A stretch of 64,000 nt of DNA from Candidatus Hydrogenedentota bacterium (GCA_963668025.2 CAXXTH010000009.1:128315-192314), one strand, 5' to 3'. Shown: positions 1 through 10,017, counted from the first letter of the stretch. Notes: a model not told the origin generated them from the letters alone. Program-made: numbers and translations.

Positions 1-173
1 TCGCTACGCCCTTCGCATGTTATCTCATAATAGCCAAAAAGGGCTTGGGCAACAATGGTGGCGGGCACGATTTTCTGAAGCACCCACTCGTTAGGAGTTC
101 GCAGGCAACATCCATGCGTGATGTGGTTCAACGTAAGGGCCTCGGGCGGAATCATTGCTGTGATGGATGCCAT
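1..173 (-). CDS. Partial CDS running off the window edge; possibly the N-terminal cupin/ligand domain of an AraC-type regulator, divergent from the GRE operon
   Basis: Hand-translated open frame from ATG at 173: MASITAMIPPEALTLNHITHGCCLRTPNEWVLQKIVPATIVAQALFGYYEITCEGRS. The AraC assignment rests only on beta-rich character and position. Confidence 0.4.
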   Translation of the reverse strand, partial: MASITAMIPPEALTLNHITHGCCLRTPNEWVLQKIVPATIVAQALFGYYEITCEGRS

Positions 174-660
174 GCGGCTACGCCTTTATGACTAAGATTG
201 CCTATGCCTGGCAAAAGCATATCAAATGAATCCGCATATTAAAAATGTTGCATGTTCCGTTTTCTCTAAGAATGAGGGCGGCGATGTATTTCGCGCATCA
301 TGGCCCGGATTGCTCACTGCGGCAGCCTTACCAGACGGGCAAAATTTTCAGATAAATATTCGCAATTCAAGGACATTCCCATGAAGACCAAATGGAGATT
401 ACAATATATCCATGAATCAACATGCATACAGCGATTCAACTGGCGATAAATGGTTGATTTTACACTGCGAAGTGAGCACCCGATGCACAGGCTGCTCTTC
501 TAACCCCCATCTCCGCAGAGGCGGAGGCAAACGCCAGGAAACGCGGCGCGTGGCAGGGACAACAGGCATGGATAAAGAGCGGCTTCGAGCCCATACCGGT
601 GAACATGAAGCATCACTTTAGGCGGATGTAGATTCTTCCTAAACGAGAGAGGAGCAAAAC

Positions 661-2946
661 ATGGCAAGTAAGGCAAGTGGAATGAACCGTCGGGATTTCT
701 TCAAATCCACGGGGGCGGGCGTTGCCCTTGCCGGTGGGTTGTTAGTTACAACTGCATCTGCATCCAGCGCCGCCGAAACCAAGCTTATTGACGGAACAAA
801 CCGCTATGTGTGGAGTGAGCCATGGCGGCCAGTTTCTCCGAGGCGTCTATCAGAACGGACGCATGAACTCACGCGGCTCGGGGCTTCGGGAGAACATGGC
901 CGTGCGATGGTAAAAGCCGATTTTAATCTGGACGAAGAGTTAATCAAGAGTCTCACACCTAATCAGCATTATGCGCAGGCGATTCGCTTGATCGGGGAGA
1001 AGGCCCCTTTGCGCATCTTGCCGGGCGAAAAAATCGTCGGCTCCGCCACCTTGCTTGAAGCGACTGCCGCATATACGCCGGTGTATAACCAACTAGCTCA
1101 AAATCACATGACGCTGGGCTTCGACCATGTGCTCACGATTGGATACAAAGGATTGCGTGAGCAGATCAATGAGCGATTAAGCCGGGGCGGATTGGACGCC
1201 AACGGGACGGACATGCTGCAAGCGATGCTGGTTTGCCTGGAAGGCGCGGAGATCTGGCGGCAGCGGAATATGGAATTACTGGCGAAACTGGCTAGTGAAT
1301 CCACCGGTGAAGATCAAGCCAATTATCTGCGCGTACGGGAAATCTTAGCGCGCGTGCCCGAGAATCCGCCCCAGACGTTCCATGAGGCGGTGCAATCGTT
1401 GTGGTTCATGTTCGCGTTCCAGCGGTTATGCGGCACTTTTTCAGGGATCGGCCGCTTCGACGAAATGTTGGGTGGCTACTTAGAGAAGGATTTACGCGAA
1501 GGGCGGCTAACCCTGGATGAAGCGCGTGAGATCGTGGCCCACTTCTGGATCAAGGGAACGGAATGGGTAGGCTGTTACAAAAATCCCGGCTCGGGCGATG
1601 GCATGTTTTTTCAAAACATCATCCTGGGCGGGATTGATGCCGATGGAAAATCGGTCACCAATGATGTCACCTACCTGGTGCTGGACGTGGTCGAGGAGTT
1701 GCATATTAGCGATTTCCCGATCGGGGTGCGTGTCAGCGAGCAGACTCCCAAAAATCTGCTTAGGCGTATCGCCGAGGTCGAGCGTTATGGCGGCGGGATC
1801 ATCGCCCTCTACCAAGAAGATGTCGTAATCGATGGATTGGTCAAGATAGGCGTTCCTCTTGCTGATGCGCGGCGCTTCACCAATGATGGCTGCTGGGAAG
1901 TCCAGGTGCCTGGGAAAACCTGTTTTATCTACTGGCCATTCGACATGCTGACTGTGCTACAGCGTTCGCTGGGCATTGATAATCCAGACACGCCCGCAGC
2001 CGATTTCGCCGACTTCGATGCGCTTTATGCGGCATATCATCAAGAGATGGACCGGCTGCTTACCCGTTTCCATACGGAAGCGGATTCTTATGCCTCGGGT
2101 GTCGGGACGACGCCGCTCGTTTCCATGTTTGTTCAAAACTGCATTGAAAGCGGGCGTGACTATTACGGGCGCGGCGCGCAATATCAGATGCTCTCGCCGC
2201 ATGCTGGCGGCATGGCGAACGTCGCCAACAGCTTGCTGGCGATTAAGCGGCTCGTATATGAAGACAAAACGCTCTCTTGGCCCGAGATGCTGGCGATTCT
2301 GCGTTCGGACTGGAAAGGGCAAGAGCAGTTGCGCCTCCTGGTGTTGAACCGGTTTGAATTTTATGGCAACGACAATGAAGAGTCCGATGCGATGATGCAA
2401 CGGGTATTCAATGATTACACGGATTTAGTCTGGGCCGTACCCGAACGCAATGGAGTTCTGCGGCCAGCAGGCATCAGTACTTTCGGACGCGAGTGCTACG
2501 CTTTCCTAGACACGGGTTTTTGCGGTTATGATACTCGCCGTGCTACAGCCGACGGGCACCGTGTAGGCGATGTGCTGGCCTGCAATTTTTCGCCTTCACC
2601 GGGAACCGATCGCAAAGGGCCTTCGGCTGTCCTCAATTCTTACTGCAAAATGGATTTTACTCGCACACCCAATGGAGCTACTTTGGAACTAAAGCTCCAT
2701 CCTTCGTCCTTGAAAGGTGAGGAGGGGCTCGATGCTCTGGTGGGGCTCATGCGCGGATTCATTCGCCAGCGCGGCTGGTTCGTCCATATCGACGTGGTCG
2801 ATTCGGCAATTATGGCCGATGCGAAGCTTCACCCGGAAAAATATCCCGACCTGGCGGTGCGCATATCAGGCTGGTCGGCCCGTTTCGCCTCACTTGACGA
2901 AAGATGGCAGAACATGATCATTAATCGTACGCAACAATACGTCTGA
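661..2946 (+). CDS. Glycyl radical enzyme (PFL-like superfamily) with N-terminal Tat signal peptide
   Basis: Cys loop NDGCWE (Cys411) and C-terminal Gly-radical loop LAVRISGWSARF (Gly737). N-terminus has MNRRDFFK, then the hydrophobic stretch GAGVALAGGLLV, then an ASA cleavage motif. AGGAG RBS at 650-654. Confidence 0.92.
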   Translation: MASKASGMNRRDFFKSTGAGVALAGGLLVTTASASSAAETKLIDGTNRYVWSEPWRPVSPRRLSERTHELTRLGASGEHGRAMVKADFNLDEELIKSLTPNQHYAQAIRLIGEKAPLRILPGEKIVGSATLLEATAAYTPVYNQLAQNHMTLGFDHVLTIGYKGLREQINERLSRGGLDANGTDMLQAMLVCLEGAEIWRQRNMELLAKLASESTGEDQANYLRVREILARVPENPPQTFHEAVQSLWFMFAFQRLCGTFSGIGRFDEMLGGYLEKDLREGRLTLDEAREIVAHFWIKGTEWVGCYKNPGSGDGMFFQNIILGGIDADGKSVTNDVTYLVLDVVEELHISDFPIGVRVSEQTPKNLLRRIAEVERYGGGIIALYQEDVVIDGLVKIGVPLADARRFTNDGCWEVQVPGKTCFIYWPFDMLTVLQRSLGIDNPDTPAADFADFDALYAAYHQEMDRLLTRFHTEADSYASGVGTTPLVSMFVQNCIESGRDYYGRGAQYQMLSPHAGGMANVANSLLAIKRLVYEDKTLSWPEMLAILRSDWKGQEQLRLLVLNRFEFYGNDNEESDAMMQRVFNDYTDLVWAVPERNGVLRPAGISTFGRECYAFLDTGFCGYDTRRATADGHRVGDVLACNFSPSPGTDRKGPSAVLNSYCKMDFTRTPNGATLELKLHPSSLKGEEGLDALVGLMRGFIRQRGWFVHIDVVDSAIMADAKLHPEKYPDLAVRISGWSARFASLDERWQNMIINRTQQYV

Positions 2947-2953
2947 GCCTGTC

Positions 2954-3856
2954 GTGGCGCAAGCGCTTGTTTTTCAGATACAACGTTTTTGCACGCACGA
3001 CGGTCCGGGCATACGCACGGCAGTTTTCCTTAAGGGATGTCCGCTGCATTGCGCATGGTGCCATAATCCCGAGTCACAGGGATTTGAGCGGGATTTGTTT
3101 TTCACGCCGGTGTTATGCATCGGGTGTGGCGCCTGCGCCGGGGTTTGTCCCCATAATGTGCATCGAATGGAGGATGGCCGCCATGTGTTGGACCGTAGCC
3201 GGTGCCACCGGTGCATGCGTTGTGTCGAGGTTTGCCCGGCCCGAGCCTTGGAGGTTGCGGGCCGGGCGGTGCTCGTTTCGTCGATTATCGATGAAGTAGA
3301 GCGCGACCGCATTTATTATGAAGAGTCGGGCGGCGGGCTGACCATCACCGGGGGCGAGCCGCTGGCGCATGTGAAATTCACCCAAGCCTTATTGGAAGAA
3401 GCCCGCCGCCGTGGCTTTCACACCTGCATCGAAACGTGTGGATTCGCTCCGCCCGAGCGGATAATGGCCTTGTCCGGGCTGGTCGATCTTTTCCTGTGGG
3501 ACATCAAAGACACGGATCCACAGCGCCACCAGGCAATGACCGATGCGCCACTGGCGCCGATTATGGATAATCTGAGGCGGGTGGATGCGGCCGGAGGGCA
3601 TACATGGCTGCGGTGCGTGCTGGTGGACGGCGTCAATCTAACCGAACCGCATATCGAGGCGCTGGCGGCATTATATAAAAGCTTGAGCCATTGCCAGGGC
3701 ATTATATTGCTGCCCTATCATCCCCTGGGTAACTCGAAACTGGAGAGGCTGGGGTTTACTGCGTGCGATGAGGATTTCAGGACGCCATCTCCCCAGGCGC
3801 TCGAAGCCGCCCGTGCCCGTTTGACTGGGTTAGGCGCTGTGTGCCTTGGCGAATGA
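2954..3856 (+). CDS. Glycyl-radical enzyme activating protein (radical SAM with two extra ferredoxin-type 4Fe-4S motifs)
   Basis: HDGPGIRTAVFLKGCPLHCAWCHNPE motif, two CxxCxxCxxxCP motifs, GGGLTITGGEPL. GTG start 7 nt after the GRE stop. Confidence 0.95.
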   Translation: MAQALVFQIQRFCTHDGPGIRTAVFLKGCPLHCAWCHNPESQGFERDLFFTPVLCIGCGACAGVCPHNVHRMEDGRHVLDRSRCHRCMRCVEVCPARALEVAGRAVLVSSIIDEVERDRIYYEESGGGLTITGGEPLAHVKFTQALLEEARRRGFHTCIETCGFAPPERIMALSGLVDLFLWDIKDTDPQRHQAMTDAPLAPIMDNLRRVDAAGGHTWLRCVLVDGVNLTEPHIEALAALYKSLSHCQGIILLPYHPLGNSKLERLGFTACDEDFRTPSPQALEAARARLTGLGAVCLGE

Positions 3857-3911
3857 GCCATTAATTTGGGTCTTCGCTAGAATCTTTATAAGCTGATGCA
3901 TCATTCATTTA

Positions 3912-3972
3912 AAACAGGCTGGACGATGTAGCGGCATTCTCAAGGCCGCTACATCGGAAAGCCAGCCTGTTT
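3912..3972. terminator. Nested inverted repeat between convergent genes (bidirectional terminator or GTAG-type REP)
   Basis: Outer arms aaacaggctgg (3912-3922) / ccagcctgttt (3962-3972). Inner arms gatgtagcggc (3925-3935) / gccgctacatc (3945-3955). Confidence 0.6.
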
Positions 3973-4055
3973 CAAATCTGTATTTATTCGGCCTGCTTGT
4001 ATCCGCGAATCCTCATGAGACCCGAAGTTTTTTAGGCGCAGGCCATCGCCAAGGA

Positions 4056-6665
4056 TTATTCGCCAGTGGCCGCAGCATTCTCCACTTTTTTATACGTGAT
4101 CAGGTCAGAGGTGCGCGGCTCGGGTAAATCGAGCACGAGGCGCTTCATCAGTTCCGAGCCTATCATCTGGATTGTCTTTCCCGTCCGGTCGCTCTTGAGT
4201 TCATACATGGATTGCGGTTCAAGCCCTTGAAGGCGGACATCAAGAGTGCCATAAGGCGAATCCTTGCGGCGGAAAACAAGGAGCATTCCCTCGCCCAGCT
4301 CAGGCCGGTGGTATTGCGAGGCCACCCAGCTTGTATTCAGATGCTCATGATAGGGCGGATAATGCATCCCGCCAAGTTTGGGATCAGCAGGAAATTTGTC
4401 ATAATCCCATTCCCACATCTCCGCTTCCGAGGTTTGCTGTCCTGAATACTCGTAGGGGTAGGGAGTCAGCGGATACCATGCCCCCACCATAAGGTGGCGC
4501 ACCTGAAGGTAGCGGTCCGTCAAGGCTTTGGCCCGAGTGGAATCGAAGTCGGGAGCGTCGGCGATCCAGCCTAAGCACAACGAAGCCGCCAATGCCGAAT
4601 GGAAGGAGTAATCATCCATATTATTAATATGCGTGGACAATGTATTGTTGGGTAAATACTGGCTGATGGACCACACGCTGGCCTGGTTAGCCTCATCGTC
4701 AAACCAGTAATCCGCCAATTGGTGTATGTCCAGGCGCATGACGGTTCCCAACTCGATCCGGTGGCCGCCGCTGGCGCATTCATCCATGAAGCAATCAGGC
4801 CAGGCTGCCCGAATACGGTCCCAATAGGCATACATGCCTTCGACATACCGGATCTCGGTGATCCCTTGCCGGTTGGGGTCCGTATCGCCAATGTGCCAAT
4901 AGGGCAGCGGGTCCATGTTGAAATCCTGGCGGTAGACGCGGAAACCCGGCAGATCCATGAAGCCTTTGACGATGTTAAAGAAGTAGTCTTGCACTTCTTT
5001 CATGCCAAAATTGGCCAGGCAGGTGGTGTTGTTGGGATCATCAGGGAACAGCAGCCAGTCGGGATGATTTTGATGCAATGAAGTTCCCTTAATCACCCGT
5101 TCGGGTTCAAACCACAGGCCGTAGATCATTCCGTTTTCCTTGGCTGCCGCGGCCACTGGCCCCATGCCGTTGGGATAGGCATCTTTGCGTGGATCCCAGT
5201 TGCCAGCGCCCGCTGGCCAGCCGCCGGTGAACCAGCCCGCATCGGTGAATATGGCCTCCAGGCCCAGCGGGGCATAGGCCTTTATCAACGATATTTGATT
5301 TTGCTCGTTGCATTCATTAAGCCAGCCGCCGCCACGGGTGAATGCGGTGTTGCAAAAGAGCGTGGGCAGTGGGGCTTTGCCGGTGCGGCTCACCGCATAA
5401 TGTTTATAGATGAGCTGGCGGAAACGGGCGTGGGCTTCGTTAACCGTTGCTTCGTTCAGGACGAGCACGCGCGGCTGGCGCACCTTTTCACCGGAGTGCA
5501 GCAGGAAATGGGTCTTTTGCATGCCAGCGCGGGCGTGTAAATTACCTTCCTGATTGGAGAACTCTCCCTGCCACGTGCCGGACCATTCCAAGGTGAACAC
5601 AAAGGTTCCCTCGCCCGTTTCTAAACGGAAGAACGGCGCGTTCGAGGAGGAGGTGCGGCCGGAGAACGAACCGATGGTTTCGGTCACGCCATCATGAAGA
5701 TTGACGGTGTTCGGCTGTAACAAGGTCGGATGCGGCACGCCGCCACGCAGTTTCTGCAGGCGGTAAGGAATCGAGCCAGGCATGGTGTGGTTCCAGTTGA
5801 GGTCCAGCGATTGAATATCTTCTAGAATGGCGGTGTCTTGCTGGCCCGTGTTTTCAAAGTACAGAATCCAGTCCACCGCCGGGAAATCTTTATAGTAAAT
5901 GGATTCCCAGGCCACTTTGAGCTTGGTCTCCGGATCTTTCCAGGTTAGAGTTTTTTTGAAGCGGTCTTGATCCAACTCGCTCGATTTCTCCTCACAAGGC
6001 CACGCCTTCAGTAGTTCCCGGCTTGGCTTGCCGCCGTATGTAAATGAAAACGGAAAACCTGAGGGCAACACCTCTTTTTTCAGGGGCATCTGATCGAGCA
6101 TTTTTATCGTCCCTTTTTCCGTGATGATGGCGGCGTCCGCCCAATCCGCATGATCGCAACCGATGCCATCTCCCCCGTCGAAGGCCACCAAATCAAACTG
6201 CTTGGCTCCTCCTATCGCCACTTCAATGTGCTGTGGCTCCGAGTCATAACGAAACAAGTTGGAGCGATATACCTCGCGTTCATCAACCACAACGGAGAAA
6301 ATTATTGAAGCGCCCGTGGCCTGTGGATTTTGATCTACGCCAATCCAGGCGGAAAACGTCTTGACTGGTTCGGGCGAGTTTACGCGGATATGGCTGTTGG
6401 CATGTGCGCCTAAGCCATGGGCAAATTCTTTTTGGCCGAGCTTCATCGGCGTTTGAACCGCGGACTGGCCAAACTGTAATTCACAAGCATCCTGCTTGAG
6501 CAAATTAAGAACAAAATCGGTAGGTTCTGGAATGGAGTCCGCCCCTTTGGCCAGTGACTCTTGCCAAGGAGTCAAGCCTTGCGCCTCGCTCGGTTTACTC
6601 CCAAACGCGAAAACCAGCGCGAGAATAGCAAGCGTTATTCTTAATCGTTGCATCTTCTTTTTCAT
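4056..6665 (-). CDS. Secreted GH36 alpha-galactosidase-like glycosidase with N-terminal NPCBM carbohydrate-binding domain
   Basis: Sec signal (MKKKMQR...SEA). NPCBM motifs HGLGAHANS and DHADWADA. GH36 motifs FTDAGWF, GLWFEPE, YRQDFN, ECASGGHR. Confidence 0.88.
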   Translation of the reverse strand: MKKKMQRLRITLAILALVFAFGSKPSEAQGLTPWQESLAKGADSIPEPTDFVLNLLKQDACELQFGQSAVQTPMKLGQKEFAHGLGAHANSHIRVNSPEPVKTFSAWIGVDQNPQATGASIIFSVVVDEREVYRSNLFRYDSEPQHIEVAIGGAKQFDLVAFDGGDGIGCDHADWADAAIITEKGTIKMLDQMPLKKEVLPSGFPFSFTYGGKPSRELLKAWPCEEKSSELDQDRFKKTLTWKDPETKLKVAWESIYYKDFPAVDWILYFENTGQQDTAILEDIQSLDLNWNHTMPGSIPYRLQKLRGGVPHPTLLQPNTVNLHDGVTETIGSFSGRTSSSNAPFFRLETGEGTFVFTLEWSGTWQGEFSNQEGNLHARAGMQKTHFLLHSGEKVRQPRVLVLNEATVNEAHARFRQLIYKHYAVSRTGKAPLPTLFCNTAFTRGGGWLNECNEQNQISLIKAYAPLGLEAIFTDAGWFTGGWPAGAGNWDPRKDAYPNGMGPVAAAAKENGMIYGLWFEPERVIKGTSLHQNHPDWLLFPDDPNNTTCLANFGMKEVQDYFFNIVKGFMDLPGFRVYRQDFNMDPLPYWHIGDTDPNRQGITEIRYVEGMYAYWDRIRAAWPDCFMDECASGGHRIELGTVMRLDIHQLADYWFDDEANQASVWSISQYLPNNTLSTHINNMDDYSFHSALAASLCLGWIADAPDFDSTRAKALTDRYLQVRHLMVGAWYPLTPYPYEYSGQQTSEAEMWEWDYDKFPADPKLGGMHYPPYHEHLNTSWVASQYHRPELGEGMLLVFRRKDSPYGTLDVRLQGLEPQSMYELKSDRTGKTIQMIGSELMKRLVLDLPEPRTSDLITYKKVENAAATGE

Positions 6666-6922
6666 ATATCTACTCCCCTTTGAACTGAGAAAGCTTTTTT
6701 ACAGTTATCAAGCATTTATAGGATCCATTGGGTTTGATTTTGTGTGCAGATGCAGTTCGCAGATTGATGAGTATGGTTTAGGTTTTTGTGTGGACCCTCC
6801 CCTATTATGTATACCGAGTATACTTTAGCGTAATTCAAAACGGTTGTATGATTCAACAAAGTGCGAAATCTTGATATCTGATTCTTGGCGCTACGATCAG
6901 CAAATTCTCGTGGAGATCCGGT

Positions 6923-7396
6923 TCATGCCGTTTGTTTTTGTAGCGCGCCGTTGAATTTTACAATGACCTTCTTGATTTCCCGTGGATGCCCGGATGGCGT
7001 TATCGCCGGTAGATGAATCTCGCCTGGAAAGAAGACGATGAAGAAGCCTGGATGTAGTGTAATAAGATCCCCATCTCCATCCAGATGGCATATGTCTTTT
7101 TCTTTATTATATTCGCTGCTATGCGTCATCAGGGCGGCATGGGAGAATCCTATTTTCTCTTGCCCTTCCGCCAGGAAATGCACATCCGCATATTTTTGAT
7201 GCGCTTCCCATTGCGCCTCTTCCGGCAGGCGGCTTTGCATGCGGCGCACTTTCACAAACACGTTGCCGCCATCCAGGGCATAATCGCCATGCTCAACGGT
7301 GGTGAAATCAGTCTGCTTCAGATATTCCAGCGCATGGCGGATTCCATCCCCCAGTGCGTAATATTTTTGGGCATTATCGATATGATCGATGATCAT
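6923..7396 (-). CDS. YhcH/YjgK/YiaL family protein (NanQ-like sugar anomerase/isomerase accessory)
   Basis: MIID start with AAGGA RBS; WEAHQKYADVH and FFPGEIHLP motifs. Confidence 0.88.
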   Translation of the reverse strand: MIIDHIDNAQKYYALGDGIRHALEYLKQTDFTTVEHGDYALDGGNVFVKVRRMQSRLPEEAQWEAHQKYADVHFLAEGQEKIGFSHAALMTHSSEYNKEKDICHLDGDGDLITLHPGFFIVFFPGEIHLPAITPSGHPREIKKVIVKFNGALQKQTA

Positions 7397-7427
7397 GCTG
7401 GTTTCCTTTTCTAGGTGCTCGCAACGC

Positions 7428-8588
7428 TCAACGGTAGCCCGTGCAAGCGTCGTAATCGACAAAAGTGGCGCGTTCGGCATCGGCTGCTTCGGGGGATAGC
7501 GGCAGGCGTACAGTCTCTTTGCGTTTAAGAGAAAGCAGTGCAGCCACGTTCAATTCATACGCTTTGTAACCGTCCCAGCCTGTCACCAATGGTTTTTCTT
7601 CATCGCGGATGACTTGCAGGAAGTTTTCGATCAATCCCATGAAGCCCCCGAATTCTTCATCGAACAGGAGCGTATTCGGGATCACGGGGCGCCAGCTTTT
7701 AGCGGGGCCTTCTTCGCTGTCATAAAGGTGAAGCTCGTATTGGTCTTCCACCGATAGCCACGCTTTCTCGCCGTAGATCTCGATCCGCTCCCAGGGCTTG
7801 AGGCTCAAGGCCGAACAACTGGTGTAGATCTGGCCTATCGAGCCTGATTCGAACTCGAAGTCGAGCATGGCGCTGTCGAAGGGATACAGATCGTGGTTGC
7901 GGTGGTATTTGTTGACGCCGATGGCGTGAACCGTGGCGGCGTCTCCCATGAAATAGCGCGCCAGGTCCAACACATGGATTGTTCCGGCTTCGAGCATATG
8001 CACCACGTAATCGTAGCCCAGGTTGAATTTGCCCGCCAGCATCGCCGGGTTGTGGACAAGTCCTTCATCGATCAATCGCTTGGCGCGGCGGTAGGGAGGA
8101 CTGAAACGCTTGTTGGAGACGGTCATCACCGGCACGCCGCGTTGGTCAGCCAGTGAGCACACACGGTGTCCTTCAACCAATGACAGTGTGAATGGTTTTT
8201 CGACGAGAATGGGCAACCCTCGTTCGATGCAGGCGATTGCGTGCTCCGCATGTACCTGATTGGGGCTGAAAATCATCACGCCATCCAGTGGCTCTTGTTC
8301 GAGCATCTGTTGGTAATCGCCATACCATCTGCCGCCCCATGTGCGCTCGATCAAGCGCCCGGCTTTCTCGTCGCGGCGGCAGAAGGCCGCCACCTCGACA
8401 GGCTCCCATATCGTTTGCAGGCGTTTGATCGCCGGGAAATGCTTACTGACGGTTACTCCGCCCGCGCCGATGATGCCGAGACGGAGAGGGCGGCGTGCGG
8501 CGCGGGCCTCGTCGAATCCCACGCCATAAACGTCAGCCTCTTCAAACATCTTCTTGATTGGTGAATGGCCATAGGTCTCTTCTAGCAT
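7428..8588 (-). CDS. Gfo/Idh/MocA family NAD(P)-dependent oxidoreductase
   Basis: LGIIGAGG Rossmann motif; HAEHA..LVEKP; GTIHVLDL. Confidence 0.9.
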   Translation of the reverse strand: MLEETYGHSPIKKMFEEADVYGVGFDEARAARRPLRLGIIGAGGVTVSKHFPAIKRLQTIWEPVEVAAFCRRDEKAGRLIERTWGGRWYGDYQQMLEQEPLDGVMIFSPNQVHAEHAIACIERGLPILVEKPFTLSLVEGHRVCSLADQRGVPVMTVSNKRFSPPYRRAKRLIDEGLVHNPAMLAGKFNLGYDYVVHMLEAGTIHVLDLARYFMGDAATVHAIGVNKYHRNHDLYPFDSAMLDFEFESGSIGQIYTSCSALSLKPWERIEIYGEKAWLSVEDQYELHLYDSEEGPAKSWRPVIPNTLLFDEEFGGFMGLIENFLQVIRDEEKPLVTGWDGYKAYELNVAALLSLKRKETVRLPLSPEAADAERATFVDYDACTGYR

Positions 8589-8605
8589 GATCGGTTGCCT
8601 TTCGT

Positions 8606-9274
8606 TCAGTCGATGACGCCTACGACGGTACAAGGTCCGCTATCCATATCTTTGACCAGCCATGGGTTGATACGGACTTCACGCAATCCGTTCAGGTCGT
8701 GTTCGAGGTTCATTTCCTCAATCACCAGGAAACGCCTGCCTTCGCCTTCCAACAAAACGTTATGGGCGCGCATGGTTTGTTCGAGGTGCGCGATGCAAGC
8801 GAGTGACGGCACATCGAGCCCCAGGGCGCGCAGTTGAGGGCATTCCCGGCGAATCCATTGTGCGGCTTCGATGCCTAGGCCCGGCATGCGCTGGCTGAAG
8901 CGTGGCTTATCGCTCCGGCGTATCGCGCCCGCGCCAAACCTTAAGAGTGCGAAATCAGTAGTTTTCAAGGCTTCCTGATGTGGAATGAGATCCTCTGGCA
9001 TAACCACTTGCCCATCATTCAGCTTTAGTTCCACTACGACAGGCTGCGAGAAAATCAGTTCCTCGGGAGCGAACTCGGTGATCTGCACGCCGCCTTCCAC
9101 CACATGGCAGGCCGTGTCCAGATGTGTGCCCGTATGATTGGCCACCGTGAGCACTTGCACGCTGGCGGCGTCCTTGGCGACCGTGGAGAGCGGCGTCAAG
9201 GACGGAGCCGGGATAGCAGGAGGACGTGGGCCATCCACATCGAGCGGAAAGGATAACCAGACATATCGTGGCAT
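8606..9274 (-). CDS. Cyclase family (kynurenine formamidase-like) metal-dependent hydrolase
   Basis: NHTGTHLD motif, LGLDVPS, C-terminal DSGPC. AGGAG RBS before ATG 9274. Confidence 0.85.
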   Translation of the reverse strand: MPRYVWLSFPLDVDGPRPPAIPAPSLTPLSTVAKDAASVQVLTVANHTGTHLDTACHVVEGGVQITEFAPEELIFSQPVVVELKLNDGQVVMPEDLIPHQEALKTTDFALLRFGAGAIRRSDKPRFSQRMPGLGIEAAQWIRRECPQLRALGLDVPSLACIAHLEQTMRAHNVLLEGEGRRFLVIEEMNLEHDLNGLREVRINPWLVKDMDSGPCTVVGVID

Positions 9275-9288
9275 TCCATGCACTCCTG

Positions 9289-10017
9289 TTACGGCAATTC
9301 CGGCGCATTCCGTTTGGCTTCGCGGACGATCTCGATATACTTTCGGCATTGCTTGGAGATCCAGTCCACGCCTTCGCGCTCGATCATCGCCGGGTCCACG
9401 AAATTACGCGCGCCGCTGATCGCGCAAGCTCCACAGCGTATGAAGTCGCCCGCATTTTCCAAGCTGATTCCGCCCGAGGGACATAGGTTGACCTCGGGAA
9501 AAACCATCTTGAGATTGGTCATGTATTTTGGCCCGCCCAGTCCTGCCGGGAAAATTTTGACCATGGTCGCGCCGGCCCTCATGGCGGTGAAGACCTCTGT
9601 CGCCGTGAAGGCCCCCGAGAAAATCGGCACGCAGTAACGGTTGGCCAGGTCGATGACTTCGGGGATCACGCACGGATTGACGATGACGCTTCCGCCGTGG
9701 AGGATCACCTCCCGTGCGCTCGTGGCATCGAGCACCGTCCCGGCGGCGACCCACAGCTTGCCCTTGAATTCACTGGCTATCGCTTCGATTGCCCCCAACA
9801 CGCCGGGGGTTGTCATCGTGATCTCGATGATGCGCGCGCCGCCTTCATAGAGCGCTTGGGCCCACGCCATAAAATCGGCTTTTTTCTTGAGTTTCATCGC
9901 GGGCAGTATGCCCGAAGCCTTGACTTGCTCGATGACGATCTCTTTAAGTGTGGCGTCGCTGCGGCCCGGCGCCGATGTGTCTGTATCCGTTTGCATGATG
10001 CTTTCACTCACTTTCAT
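9289..10017 (-). CDS. eda: KDPG/KHG aldolase family protein
   Basis: IEITMTTP, AGTVLD, VKIFPA, PSGGIS motifs. Confidence 0.85.
   Translation of the reverse strand: MKVSESIMQTDTDTSAPGRSDATLKEIVIEQVKASGILPAMKLKKKADFMAWAQALYEGGARIIEITMTTPGVLGAIEAIASEFKGKLWVAAGTVLDATSAREVILHGGSVIVNPCVIPEVIDLANRYCVPIFSGAFTATEVFTAMRAGATMVKIFPAGLGGPKYMTNLKMVFPEVNLCPSGGISLENAGDFIRCGACAISGARNFVDPAMIEREGVDWISKQCRKYIEIVREAKRNAPELP

Noticed and set aside
412-621. 69-aa ORF upstream of the GRE
   Set aside because: No RBS or family motif; more likely promoter/leader sequence.
661-2946. Annotation as pyruvate formate-lyase (pflB)
   Set aside because: Lacks the adjacent Cys-Cys pair of true PFL, and the activase has ferredoxin inserts absent from PflA.
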